64,000 nucleotides of DNA from Gammaproteobacteria bacterium (lineage in GTDB: Bacteria; Pseudomonadota; Gammaproteobacteria; Burkholderiales; SHXO01), in the NCBI GenBank assembly GCA_041488255.1, contig JBGPOV010000006.1, positions 14,096-78,095 of the forward strand. Reading direction: 5' to 3'. Under the pieces are notes generated by a model. That model saw only the letters and a list, made by a program, of their open reading frames with translations. It was not told the origin of the DNA and searched no databases. Below, in pieces: positions 9,592 to 18,864 of this stretch (its first letter is position 1; every line of letters starts with the position of its first letter). The position numbers and the translations under genes were made by a program.

Positions 9592-9963
9592 GTGCTTATA
9601 CCTCCACTCAAGTCGAATTGCCGTTGTGCGTGAATCTTGAGCCGCCCGCCATTCGGCTCTGGCGCGGCAGCGACAGAATGCCGAGGGGTGCATGCCGTGT
9701 CAACAGTTAAATGTCGTCAAGGCGCCGATGCGCGGGCGCCGCAGCCGAGCGTCGCAAGGCAGCTACGCGCGCAGGCAGCGCGTGCAACGCCAGCGCGGTT
9801 GCACTGATCCCCGCGCCGGACGGGGCTTTGCGCTGGTCGAACGCGCTATCCCGCGCGCATAGCCATCGCGCACGATGGCCGCGAGCGCTGGGAAACGCCC
9901 AGGGAATTTACGCTGCAGCTGCCTGCCGAGGTATCTTAGCGGTATGAAGCCGTCGTCTCGCCG

Positions 9964-10584
9964 ATGACGTTGGAAGCGCTGCGCGCATTCCTGTTCGGGG
10001 TAGCGATCGCCGCGCCGGTCGGCCCCATCGCGCTGCTGCTGATCCACACTGGCCTCAACCACCGGCTGTCGGCGGCGCTCTCCGCAGCGCTGGGCGTGGC
10101 GCTGGCCGACTTCACCTATGCCCTGCTCGCGCTGGCGACGGGGGCAGGCCTGGTCAGGCTCCTGCACGCGCATCAAAGAGCTTTCCAGCTCGCTTCCTCG
10201 GGTCTGCTGATCGTGCTCGGCCTCTGGCTGGCCACGAGGGCGCTGCGCGAGACGGTAATGCCCACGGCCGGGGCCGAGCCAACGACTCGCGCTCCGGGCC
10301 TGATCCAGCTCTATCTGCTTACCCTGGCCAACCCGCTTACCATCCTGCTGTTCGCGGCCTTCTCGGGGCAGATGTCGGTGCACGGCGGTGTCGGCGCGGT
10401 GCTGTACGGCTCGCTTTGCCTGTTTCTCGGCAGCCTGGCCGTGCAAACGGGCTATGCCAGTTTCGGCGCCGCTCTGCGGCGCTGGGTCACGACCCCGAGT
10501 GCAGTGCGCAAGATCAACGCGATGAGCGGCGTTGCGATTGCCGCCTTCGGCGCGTGGGGAATCGGGTCCGTAATCGGCGGGTGA
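9964..10584 (+). CDS. LysE/RhtB family amino-acid exporter
   Basis: 206 aa with about six hydrophobic helices and a family-typical N-terminus, LRAFLFGVAIAAPVGPIALLLIHTGL. ATG start confirmed at 9964. Confidence 0.8.
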   Translation: MTLEALRAFLFGVAIAAPVGPIALLLIHTGLNHRLSAALSAALGVALADFTYALLALATGAGLVRLLHAHQRAFQLASSGLLIVLGLWLATRALRETVMPTAGAEPTTRAPGLIQLYLLTLANPLTILLFAAFSGQMSVHGGVGAVLYGSLCLFLGSLAVQTGYASFGAALRRWVTTPSAVRKINAMSGVAIAAFGAWGIGSVIGG

Positions 10585-10628
10585 CGAACACCGCACCGGT
10601 GCTACTCGCGCTGGGAAATATATGTTTG

Positions 10629-10646
10629 CTCGCGCTCAGTCGCGAG
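10629..10646. terminator. possible shared hairpin between convergent LysE-type gene and msrA
   Basis: CTCGCG-ctcagt-CGCGAG (6-bp stem) in the 105-nt convergent spacer. On the minus strand it is followed by an A/T-rich run (caaacatatattt). Weak. Confidence 0.3.
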
Positions 10647-10689
10647 CCAGCGACAGTTCCCGTCGCAGTGCGCCAAGGCGTCAAGGACG

Positions 10690-11256
10690 CTAGCGCTTCA
10701 GACGCTCCAGAAAGGTCTTGCGGAACTTCGCGACCTTTGGTGCAACCACGAACTGGCAATAGGGCTGCTGCGCGTTGCGCTGGAAATACTCCTGGTGGTA
10801 ACCCTCGGCCATGTAGAAGGTCCCGGCGGGCGAGACCTCGGTCACGATGGGATCGTCGTACAGCCGCTGTCGGGAGAGCTCCGCGATGACCTGCTCGGCG
10901 ATGCGCTTCTGCTCCGCGGAATGATAGAAGATCGCCGACCGGTATTGGGTGCCCTCGTCGTTGCCCTGCCGGTTGAGCGTGGTCGGGTCGTGGATGACGA
11001 AGAACACGTTCAGCAGGTCCTCGTAGCTCGCCAGCTTCGGGTCGAAGGTGATGCGCACCACCTCGGCGTGACCGGTTCCTCCCGAGCACACGGCCGTATA
11101 GGTCGGGTTAGCAGTGTGCCCGCCCATGTAGCCCGACTCCACGCTCTCCACGCCCTTCATCTGGTCGTAGACGGCCTCCAGACACCAAAAGCAGCCGCCC
11201 GCCAGGGTGGCGATTTCCTTGCCCGACGGTGGCGTCGAGTTGTCGCTGTCTTCCAT
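10690..11256 (-). CDS. msrA: peptide-methionine (S)-S-oxide reductase
   Basis: [54 protein letters not shown]. The track start at 11259 is GTG and the adjacent ATG is at 11256. Confidence 0.95.
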   Translation of the reverse strand: MEDSDNSTPPSGKEIATLAGGCFWCLEAVYDQMKGVESVESGYMGGHTANPTYTAVCSGGTGHAEVVRITFDPKLASYEDLLNVFFVIHDPTTLNRQGNDEGTQYRSAIFYHSAEQKRIAEQVIAELSRQRLYDDPIVTEVSPAGTFYMAEGYHQEYFQRNAQQPYCQFVVAPKVAKFRKTFLERLKR

Positions 11257-11426
11257 CACGGGTGGCCTCGGTTGACCGGATCAGTGTAGCAGGCACAACA
11301 GGCGCCGACACGCCGGCCAGCGGTGTGTTTGCGGCCCACCCGGTATCGGTCGCCCGGTTAGAATGCGCTTAGCCTCGCTGCGTCCTGGTTCGAGCCCACT
11401 TCTACCACGAAGGCTGGGGAGACCAC

Positions 11427-11825
11427 ATGCCCAAACTCGTTCAGCAGTCGGTCGTCCTGCCCGCCCCACCCGAGCGCTTGTACGACATGTACCTGGATCC
11501 CGCGGCTCACGCCGCGTTCTCTGGGGCGCCGGTCAATATCAGCGCCGTGCCCGGATCCGTGTTCGAGGCCTTCGGCGGCGCTCTGTCAGGGCGCATGCTC
11601 GCGACTGTGCCCAGACGCATGATCGTGCAGACTTGGCGCGCCAATCACTGGAAGCCGGAAGACCTCGACTCCACGTTGGTATTGACCTTCTGGCCGGACC
11701 CGGCGGGCGGGCGCATAGAACTGGTGCACGTGAACGTCGCCGATCACGACTTTGACGGCGTCACCGAAGGCTGGAGGAAGTACTACTGGGACCCCTGGCA
11801 CGGGTTCCTGACCCGAAAAAAGTAG
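11427..11825 (+). CDS. SRPBCC / AHSA1 (Aha1-like START-fold) domain protein
   Basis: 132 aa; [32 protein letters not shown]...RIELVHVNV...[14 protein letters not shown] is typical of the family. ATG follows GGGGAG. Confidence 0.7.
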   Translation: MPKLVQQSVVLPAPPERLYDMYLDPAAHAAFSGAPVNISAVPGSVFEAFGGALSGRMLATVPRRMIVQTWRANHWKPEDLDSTLVLTFWPDPAGGRIELVHVNVADHDFDGVTEGWRKYYWDPWHGFLTRKK

Positions 11826-11841
11826 GCGCCGGGATGTTGCG

Positions 11842-12300
11842 ATGATCGGGCTGCTCCAGCGCGTCAGCCAGGCCCGCGTCGAGGTCGAGGGCCAGATCGT
11901 CGGCGCCATCGGGCCAGGCCTCATGGTGCTGGTCTGCGCAGAACGCGGGGACGGCACAGCCGAGGCCGACCGCCTCCTGCAGCGGCTGCTCAACTACCGC
12001 GTGTTCTGCGACGCGCAAGGCAAAATGAATCTCGGCGTGCGCGAGGTCGACGGCGGTCTGTTGCTGGTACCGCAGTTCACGCTGGCGGCGGACACCCACA
12101 AGGGGAACCGCCCCAGCTTCACACCCGCTGCCCCGCCCGAGCACGGACACGCGTTGTTCGAGTACATGCTGACGCGCGCGGGTGAGCTTTATTCACGGGT
12201 TGCGGGCGGGCAATTCGGCGCGCACATGCAGGTCACGCTCACGAACGACGGGCCGGTAACGATCTGGCTTCGGGTGGACCCGCCGGGCGCCCACGGGTGA
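11842..12300 (+). CDS. dtd: D-aminoacyl-tRNA deacylase
   Basis: [37 protein letters not shown]...[21 protein letters not shown]...[18 protein letters not shown]. Confidence 0.95.
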   Translation: MIGLLQRVSQARVEVEGQIVGAIGPGLMVLVCAERGDGTAEADRLLQRLLNYRVFCDAQGKMNLGVREVDGGLLLVPQFTLAADTHKGNRPSFTPAAPPEHGHALFEYMLTRAGELYSRVAGGQFGAHMQVTLTNDGPVTIWLRVDPPGAHG

Positions 12301-12488
12301 GGCGGGACAGCAGTCCGTTCCATGCAATGTCGTGTGAGTTTGCGACTGCGTTTCACGTCCCGTGTCCTGGGTAAACTAAAGGTAGATGAGCCGTAGCCGA
12401 TATGATCGCGGTGTAGGGCTGGCTGTCGGGCTTGGCCGGTGTCGAGCAACCTAGGAGAACAAGCCCCATTTGGCAAGGAGGGAACATC

Positions 12489-13148
12489 GTGAAGAAGGTT
12501 GCTAGGATCCAGCTGGCCGTGCTGACGAGTGCCGCGGCCCTGTTCGCAGGCTCGGCCTGGGCCGCCGATTCCAACGGATCGGGCGTATACATTGGGATCG
12601 GCGCGGGCGCGTCCTTCGCCAATATCGACCAGGACAATATCAACGCTTCACTGCTTTCGCTCGGCGCCACCAGCGCGACGACGAGCACGAGCGAGAACAG
12701 CGTTGCGTACAAAGGGTTCGTTGGCTACAGCTTCAACCGATACATCGCGTTGGAGGGCGGCTATTTCAATCTCGGCACATTCAAGTTCAACTCGACCGTC
12801 TCGCCTCCCGGGACCCTGAATGGCGAAGTGAAGACGAGCGGATTCAACCTCGATGCGGTGGCGAGCCTTCCATTCACGCAGACCTTCAGCATATTTGGAC
12901 GCGGCGGCGTGCAAAACGCGAAGTCGACAGTGAATTACGCGGGTACCGGTTCCGTTGTCGTCCTGACGCCCCAGACCAGCGAATCCAAGACAAGCTGGGA
13001 CGCCGGCGCCGGCGTGGCCTTCGAGTTCGCAAAGGGACACGTGGGACTGCGCGTGGAGTGGGAGCTCTACCGGGTCCCGGATGGCACGAACACCGACACC
13101 ATGTCTAACGTCAACGTGTTCGGCGTCAGCGTCTATTCCAAGTTCTGA
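12489..13148 (+). CDS. outer-membrane beta-barrel protein (OmpA-membrane/OmpW-like small porin family)
   Basis: GTG at 12489 follows AAGGAGGG. Signal peptide VKKVARIQLAVLTSAAALFAGSAWA/ADS. Alternating beta-strand pattern (YKGFVGYSFNRYIALEGGYFNLG) and a C-terminal aromatic end, ...FGVSVYSKF. Confidence 0.7.
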   Translation: MKKVARIQLAVLTSAAALFAGSAWAADSNGSGVYIGIGAGASFANIDQDNINASLLSLGATSATTSTSENSVAYKGFVGYSFNRYIALEGGYFNLGTFKFNSTVSPPGTLNGEVKTSGFNLDAVASLPFTQTFSIFGRGGVQNAKSTVNYAGTGSVVVLTPQTSESKTSWDAGAGVAFEFAKGHVGLRVEWELYRVPDGTNTDTMSNVNVFGVSVYSKF

Positions 13149-13293
13149 CTCCTGTCGTCCTGGCGGGCCAGTGGCTCGCTGGGGCGTCTGTACGTTCTTC
13201 GCCGCCTGTCGTCGCGGCGCGGCTCGATGCCCCAGTTCGGGTGAGTCGCATCGAGGACCCCTCGGCGCAGCACGTTTGCCCTGCAGGTAAGGC

Positions 13294-14019
13294 TCAGCGC
13301 ACCGCGCGGACCTCCGCCCGGTCGAGTCTGACGAAACGAAAGCCGCGGGCGAGCAGGCGCTGCACGCCTTCCGCTAGCCCCTCGGCGGTGTCCGACGCGG
13401 GCTTGTTCATGTGGGCGATGATGATATCGCCGCTCTTCACATGGTCGAGCCTGGCGATGATGACCGCCCGCGGCAGCGTTGCCCCGGCATCTGCATTCAC
13501 CGAGAACCCGGCGATCCGATAACCCATAGCCTGGATCGCCTTGATCGCCGCGGGATCGTACTCGGCCGTCGCCCCGCGATACCAGCGCGGCGCCTCGCCC
13601 GTCGCCATCTCGACGGCGCTGGCTCCGCTCAGGACCTCCCGCTCCAGATGGGCCAGGTCGGGACTGCCGGGGACACCGAACACGCTGCGGCCTTCGCCGA
13701 CCACGGGCGCGACGTGATTGGCGCCGTGATCCTCGATCTCGAACAGATCGGAATGCGCCTTCAGCAGGGCGACCCCGGCCGGGTTGCGGTCCAACCATCT
13801 CTTTGTCGCGAAGATCGTGGCCGGGATCTGGTGCGCGATCAGAAAGCGGATGAGATCAGCGTCGAACTGGCCCCCACAGGCGTCCAGCGTCAGTGCGACC
13901 ACTTTTTCGTGGTCCTGCGCAGGCAGTGCGATGACCTGGTGCACCTCGACCGGGCGCAGGCCGGCAGCCGCCGGCGCGGCGAACACCAGAGCTGCGATGC
14001 AGAAGAATGTGCGCTTCAC
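13294..14019 (-). CDS. polysaccharide deacetylase (NodB homology) family protein, secreted
   Basis: GTG start. Signal peptide KRTFFCIAALVFAAPAAAG, then VALTLDACGG, IPATIFATKRWLDRNP, FEIEDHGANH and IIIAHMN. Confidence 0.8.
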   Translation of the reverse strand: MKRTFFCIAALVFAAPAAAGLRPVEVHQVIALPAQDHEKVVALTLDACGGQFDADLIRFLIAHQIPATIFATKRWLDRNPAGVALLKAHSDLFEIEDHGANHVAPVVGEGRSVFGVPGSPDLAHLEREVLSGASAVEMATGEAPRWYRGATAEYDPAAIKAIQAMGYRIAGFSVNADAGATLPRAVIIARLDHVKSGDIIIAHMNKPASDTAEGLAEGVQRLLARGFRFVRLDRAEVRAVR

Positions 14020-14094
14020 GTACTCGATAACGCCCCAGCTGGGGTCCGGTTGATGTGATCCGACGAGCGGGAATCATGTCTCACCAGCACCATC

Positions 14095-14130
14095 TGTCAC
14101 AGATTGTGTCTCTGCCACAATGGTGTGACA
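14095..14130. repeat. 36-nt imperfect inverted repeat TGTCACAGATTGTG-N7-CACAATGGTGTGACA
   Basis: Read directly in the 382-bp spacer between the deacetylase gene and the DUF748 gene. It is immediately followed by AAAGGAGGAcgccATG (14143). Confidence 0.6.
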
Positions 14131-14163
14131 AAGGAGGACGCCATGATTGTCTGCCTGCGTCAG

Positions 14164-14220
14164 CTGCTGCTCGGGCTCGCGTCTGCTACTCGGGCTCGCG
14201 GTTGCTGTCTCGGGCGCCAG
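14164..14220. repeat. three tandem ~19-20-nt direct repeats (core CTCGGGC(T)CGC)
   Basis: CTCGGGCTCGCG occurs at 14170 and 14189, and CTCGGGCGCC at 14209. Each is preceded by TGCT(G/A/G). Confidence 0.6.
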
Positions 14221-14401
14221 CGCCCGGTGCCGCCAAGCTGCGTGCAGGCTGAGCGCGGCCGGACGCGGTGGGTCGGACCACAATTCCACGGGAGGCTAAG
14301 GCGCACCGGCTGTCCCGGCAGCGGATTTTTGTCCATAATCAACGCACACCTGCGAGGTTGTCGGGCGCTCTGCAACGACCATTCGATCCGAGACACCGGG
14401 G

Positions 14402-17400
14402 ATGAGACTCCTAAGCCTGTTAAGCCCGTTTTCACGCACGTCTGGCGAGCGCTCGCTGGGCGCGTGGTTCCGGCGGCGCAGGCAAGCCAGTGCTGGGGTC
14501 GGCAAAAAGCTGCTCAAGGTTGCGCTCTGGGCGCTCGGCCTGATTGTGTTGTTCGCTCTGGTCGGGTTCTTCGCGGTGCCGCCCATCGCCAAGCACTACC
14601 TGGTCAAGAACCTGTCCGAGCTGCTGGGCCGGCAGGTCGCGATTCAAGAGATCAAGATCAACCCCTTCGCCCTGAGCGCGGCGGTGCGTGGTGTCTCGAT
14701 TAAGGAGCCCGCCAGCCCCGAGGTGTTTGTGTCCTTCCAGGAACTGTTCGTCGATCTGCAGGCCGAATCCCTCATCCGGCGCGGACCGATCCTGAGGGAG
14801 ATCCGGCTCGATCGCCCGTATGTTCACATCGTCCGCCGCGACGACGGCAGCTACAACTTCTCCGATCTGGTGGCGAAGTTCACCAGCGGCAGCGGGCCCG
14901 AGAAACCGGGTGCAGCCACAGGGGCGGCCAAGAAAGCCCAGCAACAGCCTCGCTTCTCGCTCAACAACATCCAGGTGCTCGCGGGCAAGGTGGTGTTCGA
15001 CGACCGGCCCAAGAAGGCCGAGCACGCGGTGACAGAGATCAATATCGCCATCCCCTTTCTCTCCAACTTGCCCTACCTGGCGGACAGCTACGTCCAGCCG
15101 TCGTTCTCGGCCAAGGTCAACGATACGCCGATCGCGCTGACCGGCCGCAGCAAGCCGTTCGCCACCCCTCCGGAGGCGCAGCTCGATCTGGACATCTACT
15201 CGCTCGATATCCCGCGCTATCTCGAGTATCTGCCGGTCAAGCTTCCGTTCAAGATCGCATCGGCGCTGCTCGAGACGCGGCTTACTGCCAGTTTCACGCT
15301 CTATCCGGACAAGCCTCCGCTGTTGGAGCTCTCCGGCAAGGCGGCGCTGGACAAGTTCGCGATGACTCAGCTCGACGGGCGCGCGTTGCTCAGCTTCGCC
15401 CGGCTCGAGGTCCCGGTGCAGTCGGCCGCCGTGTTCGCGCGCGACGTCAAGCTTGGAAATGTCGTTCTGCGCAGCCCCGAGGTGTTCGTCCGGCGCGAAC
15501 ACGACGGGACCCTTAACTGGGTGAGTGTCGTCCCGAAGCGGGAGCAGGCGGGGACCGGCTCGCAGCCGCCGCAAGAACAAGAAGCAGCGCGCGACGAAAC
15601 CGATCAGCCGATGAAGCTCCGCGTCGAGGAGGTCAGGGTCGAGAACGGTCAGATTCATTTCGCCGACGACGCCGCGCCCAAGCTGTTCAAGACCGACATC
15701 GCGGACCTGCTGGTCGTTTTCCGGAAGTTCGCGCTGCCGCAGGTCGACCCGGCCACGCTGGAGGTTTCATTCGGTACAAAGTTCGGAGAGAGCTTCAAGC
15801 ACACGAGCATGCTGTTCGCTTCGCCGCTCAATATCGACGGGAGCCTCGAAGTGAGCGGCGTGAAGCCCAAGAACTACTCGCCTTACTACGCGCCTCTGGT
15901 CCGCTTCGACGTCGAGGAAGGCACGCTGGACCTGTCCACCCGGTTTCGCGCGGCGCAGACTGGCAAAACGGTCAACGCGACGATATCCGGGCTGCAAGCC
16001 TCGCTGAGCAAGCTGCGCCTGCGCAAGCGTGGCGCAAAGGAGGATTTTCTATCTGTGCCCGCCGTCGACCTGAAGGGCGTGGACATGGACGCGGTGAAGC
16101 ACACGGTCGAGGTAGGCGAGCTTTCGAGCAAGCAAGCGAAGGTGCGTCTGGTACGCGACAAGGACGGCACGATCGATCTCACTCGGCTCACCGCGCAGGA
16201 CGAGAGCGCCACGGCGCCCGCGCCGCCGCCGACGGCGAAGCAATCAGCCGAAACGTGGCAGTGGCTGGTAAAGAAGATCGCTCTCGACCGCTACGCGGTG
16301 AGCTTCGAGGACCAGGTGCTGGCGCAGCCGGTCACTCAAGTGGTGGAGCCGATCAAGCTCAGCGTGGACAACCTGTCCAACCGCCCCGGCTCAAAGGCCA
16401 ACGTCGCCCTAGCCATGGGCGTCAACAAGACCGGCAAGGTGCTGGCGTCCGGACTGGCCGGAATCAACCCGCGGGGAGCGGATCTAAACGTCGACGTGCA
16501 GAGCATAGACCTGGTTCCACTGCAACCCTACCTCGAGGAGAAGCTCAACATCCTGATCACCAGCGGCGAGGTCATGGTGCGCGGAAGGTGGCAGCTTACG
16601 GCGCCAGAACCGGGCCCCCGGACCGTCGTCTTCAAGGGCGATGCGGGGATCAACAACTTCGCCTCCGTAGACAAGGCCACATCCCAGGATTTCCTCAAGT
16701 GGAAGTCGCTCTTCGTCGGTGGAATCGACACCACCTACCGCGCCTTCGCAGTTGGGAAGGCGATCTTCGCTCGCGAATCCGATACGGCTGCGCCCGAGGC
16801 CCCCTTCAGACTGCAGATTCAGGAGGTGGCGCTGTCCGACTTCTACTCGCGCCTGATCATTTATCCGACCGGCAGGCTGAACGTGCAGAACATCCTGGCC
16901 AGCGGCGGCACCGCGCAGTCGGCGGACGAGACAGCCACCGCCCAGGCCGAGGCCCGTGCGGCGGACCAAGCTCCGCCTCCGGCCAAGAGCGACAAGCCGG
17001 CCAAGCCGCCAGGTAAAGGCGACAAGCCAGTCAAGCCCCCGGCCGCAGAGGCCGAGGGCGCACCGGCTGTGCCGCCGCCGTCCATCGCTATCGCCAAAGT
17101 CACGCTCCAGGGCGGCAACGTGAACTTCACCGACCTGTTCGTCAAGCCGAACTACTCGGCCAACCTGACCGAGATCGGCGGTTCTGTGACGGGGCTGTCG
17201 TCGCAGTTGAACACCACCGCCGATGTGGACCTGCGCGGCCGTTTCGCTAAGACTGCGCCAGTCGAGATCAAAGGCAAGATCAATCCGCTGCTGCAGAACC
17301 CATTCCTCGACATCAAAGCCAACGTGCGCGACATCGAGCTCGGGCCCTTGACCCCCTATTCCGGGAAATACGTGGGCTATGCCATCGAGAAGGGCAAGAT

Positions 17401-18274
17401 GTCGTTCGACGTCGCCTACAAGATCGAAAACCGCAAGCTCGCGGCCAGCAACCGCCTCACGCTCGACCAGCTCACCTTCGGCGAGAAGGTCGACAGCCCC
17501 ACGGCGACCAAGCTGCCGGTGCTGTTCGCGGTGGCGCTGCTCAAAGATCGAAACGGTGTGATCGACGTAAACATGCCCATCAGCGGGTCGGTGGACGATC
17601 CCAAGTTCAGCGTCGGCGGCATCGTGCTGCATATCATCTTCAACTTGATCGAGAAGGCGATCACCGCGCCTTTCGACTTGATCGGCTCGCTGGTTGGAGG
17701 AAGCGGCGCGGAGCTCTCGTACGTGGCATTCGAGCCAGGCCAGGCGGCGATAACTCCGGCTGCCGGAGATAAGCTCACCAAGCTCCAGAAGGCGCTTTTC
17801 GAGCGTCCGGCGCTTAAACTCGACGCGAGCGGTCGCAGCGACCCGGACAAGGATCGCGAAGGGCTGCGCCGGCATCGCTTCGACCAGCAGATGAAGGCGC
17901 AGAAACTCAAGGACCTGGTGAAGAAGGGCTCGTCGGCGGCCTCGGTGGACGAGGTTAAGATCGAGCCCCAAGAGTACGAGACCTACCTGAAGCGCGCCTA
18001 CAAGGAAGCGAAGTTTCCGAAGCCGCGCAACCTGATCGGTATCCAGAAGGACCTGCCGAACGAGGAAATGGAAAAACTCATGCTGACCAACACCGCGGTC
18101 ACCGACGATGATCTCATCCAGCTTGCCAACCAGCGCGCGCAGGCCACCAAGAACTTCATCACCCGTGGGGACCAAGTGCCGGTGGACCGCGTGTTCCTCC
18201 TGGCGCCCAAGCTGGAGGCCGCCAAGGGGGAGGACAAGCTCCCCGGTAGCCGCGTCGACTTTTCGCTCAAGTGA
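14402..18274 (+). CDS. DUF748 domain / AsmA-TamB-like giant envelope protein
   Basis: 1290 aa with an N-terminal anchor KLLKVALWALGLIVLFALVGFFAVPPIAKHYL and repeated beta-rich DUF748-type segments (IQEIKINPFALSAAVRGVSIKEP; NIQVLAGKVVFDD). An internal Pro/Lys-rich linker is present, and the C-terminal region carries VDVNMPISGSVDDPKFSVGGIV. Confidence 0.8.
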   Translation: MRLLSLLSPFSRTSGERSLGAWFRRRRQASAGVGKKLLKVALWALGLIVLFALVGFFAVPPIAKHYLVKNLSELLGRQVAIQEIKINPFALSAAVRGVSIKEPASPEVFVSFQELFVDLQAESLIRRGPILREIRLDRPYVHIVRRDDGSYNFSDLVAKFTSGSGPEKPGAATGAAKKAQQQPRFSLNNIQVLAGKVVFDDRPKKAEHAVTEINIAIPFLSNLPYLADSYVQPSFSAKVNDTPIALTGRSKPFATPPEAQLDLDIYSLDIPRYLEYLPVKLPFKIASALLETRLTASFTLYPDKPPLLELSGKAALDKFAMTQLDGRALLSFARLEVPVQSAAVFARDVKLGNVVLRSPEVFVRREHDGTLNWVSVVPKREQAGTGSQPPQEQEAARDETDQPMKLRVEEVRVENGQIHFADDAAPKLFKTDIADLLVVFRKFALPQVDPATLEVSFGTKFGESFKHTSMLFASPLNIDGSLEVSGVKPKNYSPYYAPLVRFDVEEGTLDLSTRFRAAQTGKTVNATISGLQASLSKLRLRKRGAKEDFLSVPAVDLKGVDMDAVKHTVEVGELSSKQAKVRLVRDKDGTIDLTRLTAQDESATAPAPPPTAKQSAETWQWLVKKIALDRYAVSFEDQVLAQPVTQVVEPIKLSVDNLSNRPGSKANVALAMGVNKTGKVLASGLAGINPRGADLNVDVQSIDLVPLQPYLEEKLNILITSGEVMVRGRWQLTAPEPGPRTVVFKGDAGINNFASVDKATSQDFLKWKSLFVGGIDTTYRAFAVGKAIFARESDTAAPEAPFRLQIQEVALSDFYSRLIIYPTGRLNVQNILASGGTAQSADETATAQAEARAADQAPPPAKSDKPAKPPGKGDKPVKPPAAEAEGAPAVPPPSIAIAKVTLQGGNVNFTDLFVKPNYSANLTEIGGSVTGLSSQLNTTADVDLRGRFAKTAPVEIKGKINPLLQNPFLDIKANVRDIELGPLTPYSGKYVGYAIEKGKMSFDVAYKIENRKLAASNRLTLDQLTFGEKVDSPTATKLPVLFAVALLKDRNGVIDVNMPISGSVDDPKFSVGGIVLHIIFNLIEKAITAPFDLIGSLVGGSGAELSYVAFEPGQAAITPAAGDKLTKLQKALFERPALKLDASGRSDPDKDREGLRRHRFDQQMKAQKLKDLVKKGSSAASVDEVKIEPQEYETYLKRAYKEAKFPKPRNLIGIQKDLPNEEMEKLMLTNTAVTDDDLIQLANQRAQATKNFITRGDQVPVDRVFLLAPKLEAAKGEDKLPGSRVDFSLK

Positions 18275-18285
18275 GGTAAGCCGAA

Positions 18286-18579
18286 ATGAAACAGACCATC
18301 GCATTTCTGATCACCAGCCTGGCGCTGGCAGCCCATGCGGCGGACCAGAAGAAGCCCGAGCCGGCGCCGGCGCCGGCCACAAAGGACAACTTCTTCGAGC
18401 GCGCCGCTAAGGCAATCGGGAAAGACGCCAAGAGCGCGGTGCACCAGGCCGGTGAGGCATACGGCAAAGCCGGCAAGGACATCGGGCACGGCGCCAGCAA
18501 GACGGTCAAAGACGTCGGGCACGCGATGAAGGAGAGTGCCGACAAGACCGGCAAGGAAGTCAAGGAGACGGTCAAGTAG
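18286..18579 (+). CDS. small secreted protein with five 11-residue Lys/Gly-rich repeats
   Basis: ATG lies 11 nt after the DUF748 stop, with a GAGG SD. Signal peptide MKQTIAFLITSLALAAHA/AD. The 11-mers are AAKAIGKDAKS, AVHQAGEAYGK, AGKDIGHGASK, TVKDVGHAMKE and SADKTGKEVKE. Confidence 0.6.
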   Translation: MKQTIAFLITSLALAAHAADQKKPEPAPAPATKDNFFERAAKAIGKDAKSAVHQAGEAYGKAGKDIGHGASKTVKDVGHAMKESADKTGKEVKETVK

Positions 18580-18864
18580 CTCGTGGGGCCACCTCTCTGT
18601 CCTCTGGGGGCTAGCTCGGCAACACAGGGTCCGAGCAGCGCGCGGCAGCGATGCTCCGATCAAGCGGTCACCGAGTCAGTTACGGTGGAGTTTGCCTCCC
18701 CTAAACGTGTCGGTAGGATGCGACGACTGGACTCTCTCCATGGGCCGGCCGTCACAGGTGCTCGACGAGCGCGTTCACCCCCCCTGTCGCCGTTCGCCCA
18801 GGGCTGCATGACAGCCGGAAAGAATGGGCGCAAGATATCGGAGATTTTGCGGGGGACGCCGCGT

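Noticed and set aside
9862-9879. Hairpin GCCATCG-cgca-CGATGGC upstream of the LysE-type gene.
   Set aside because: A 7-bp stem in GC-rich DNA with no U-tract and no partner site does not rise above chance expectation.
11351-11410. tRNA-like fragment (GGTTAGAAT D-loop-like and GGTTCGAGCCC T-loop-like strings) upstream of the SRPBCC gene.
   Set aside because: The T-stem pairs only 3 bp, and no complementary 5' acceptor arm or anticodon stem can be drawn. At best it is a decayed tRNA remnant and it is not supportable as a gene. No integrase or direct repeat is nearby.
11796-11810. TGGCACGGGTTCCTG, a sigma54-like -24 element upstream of dtd.
   Set aside because: The -12 element (TTGC) is missing (CCTG instead) and the site lies inside the SRPBCC coding region, so it is probably fortuitous.
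14143-14703. 187-codon ORF opened by the consensus SD + ATG at 14143, overlapping the DUF748 gene start in another frame.
   Set aside because: Its composition is Arg/Gly/Cys-rich and it runs through tandem DNA repeats into the next gene without a domain-like segment. I reported only the SD and structure as a regulatory curiosity.
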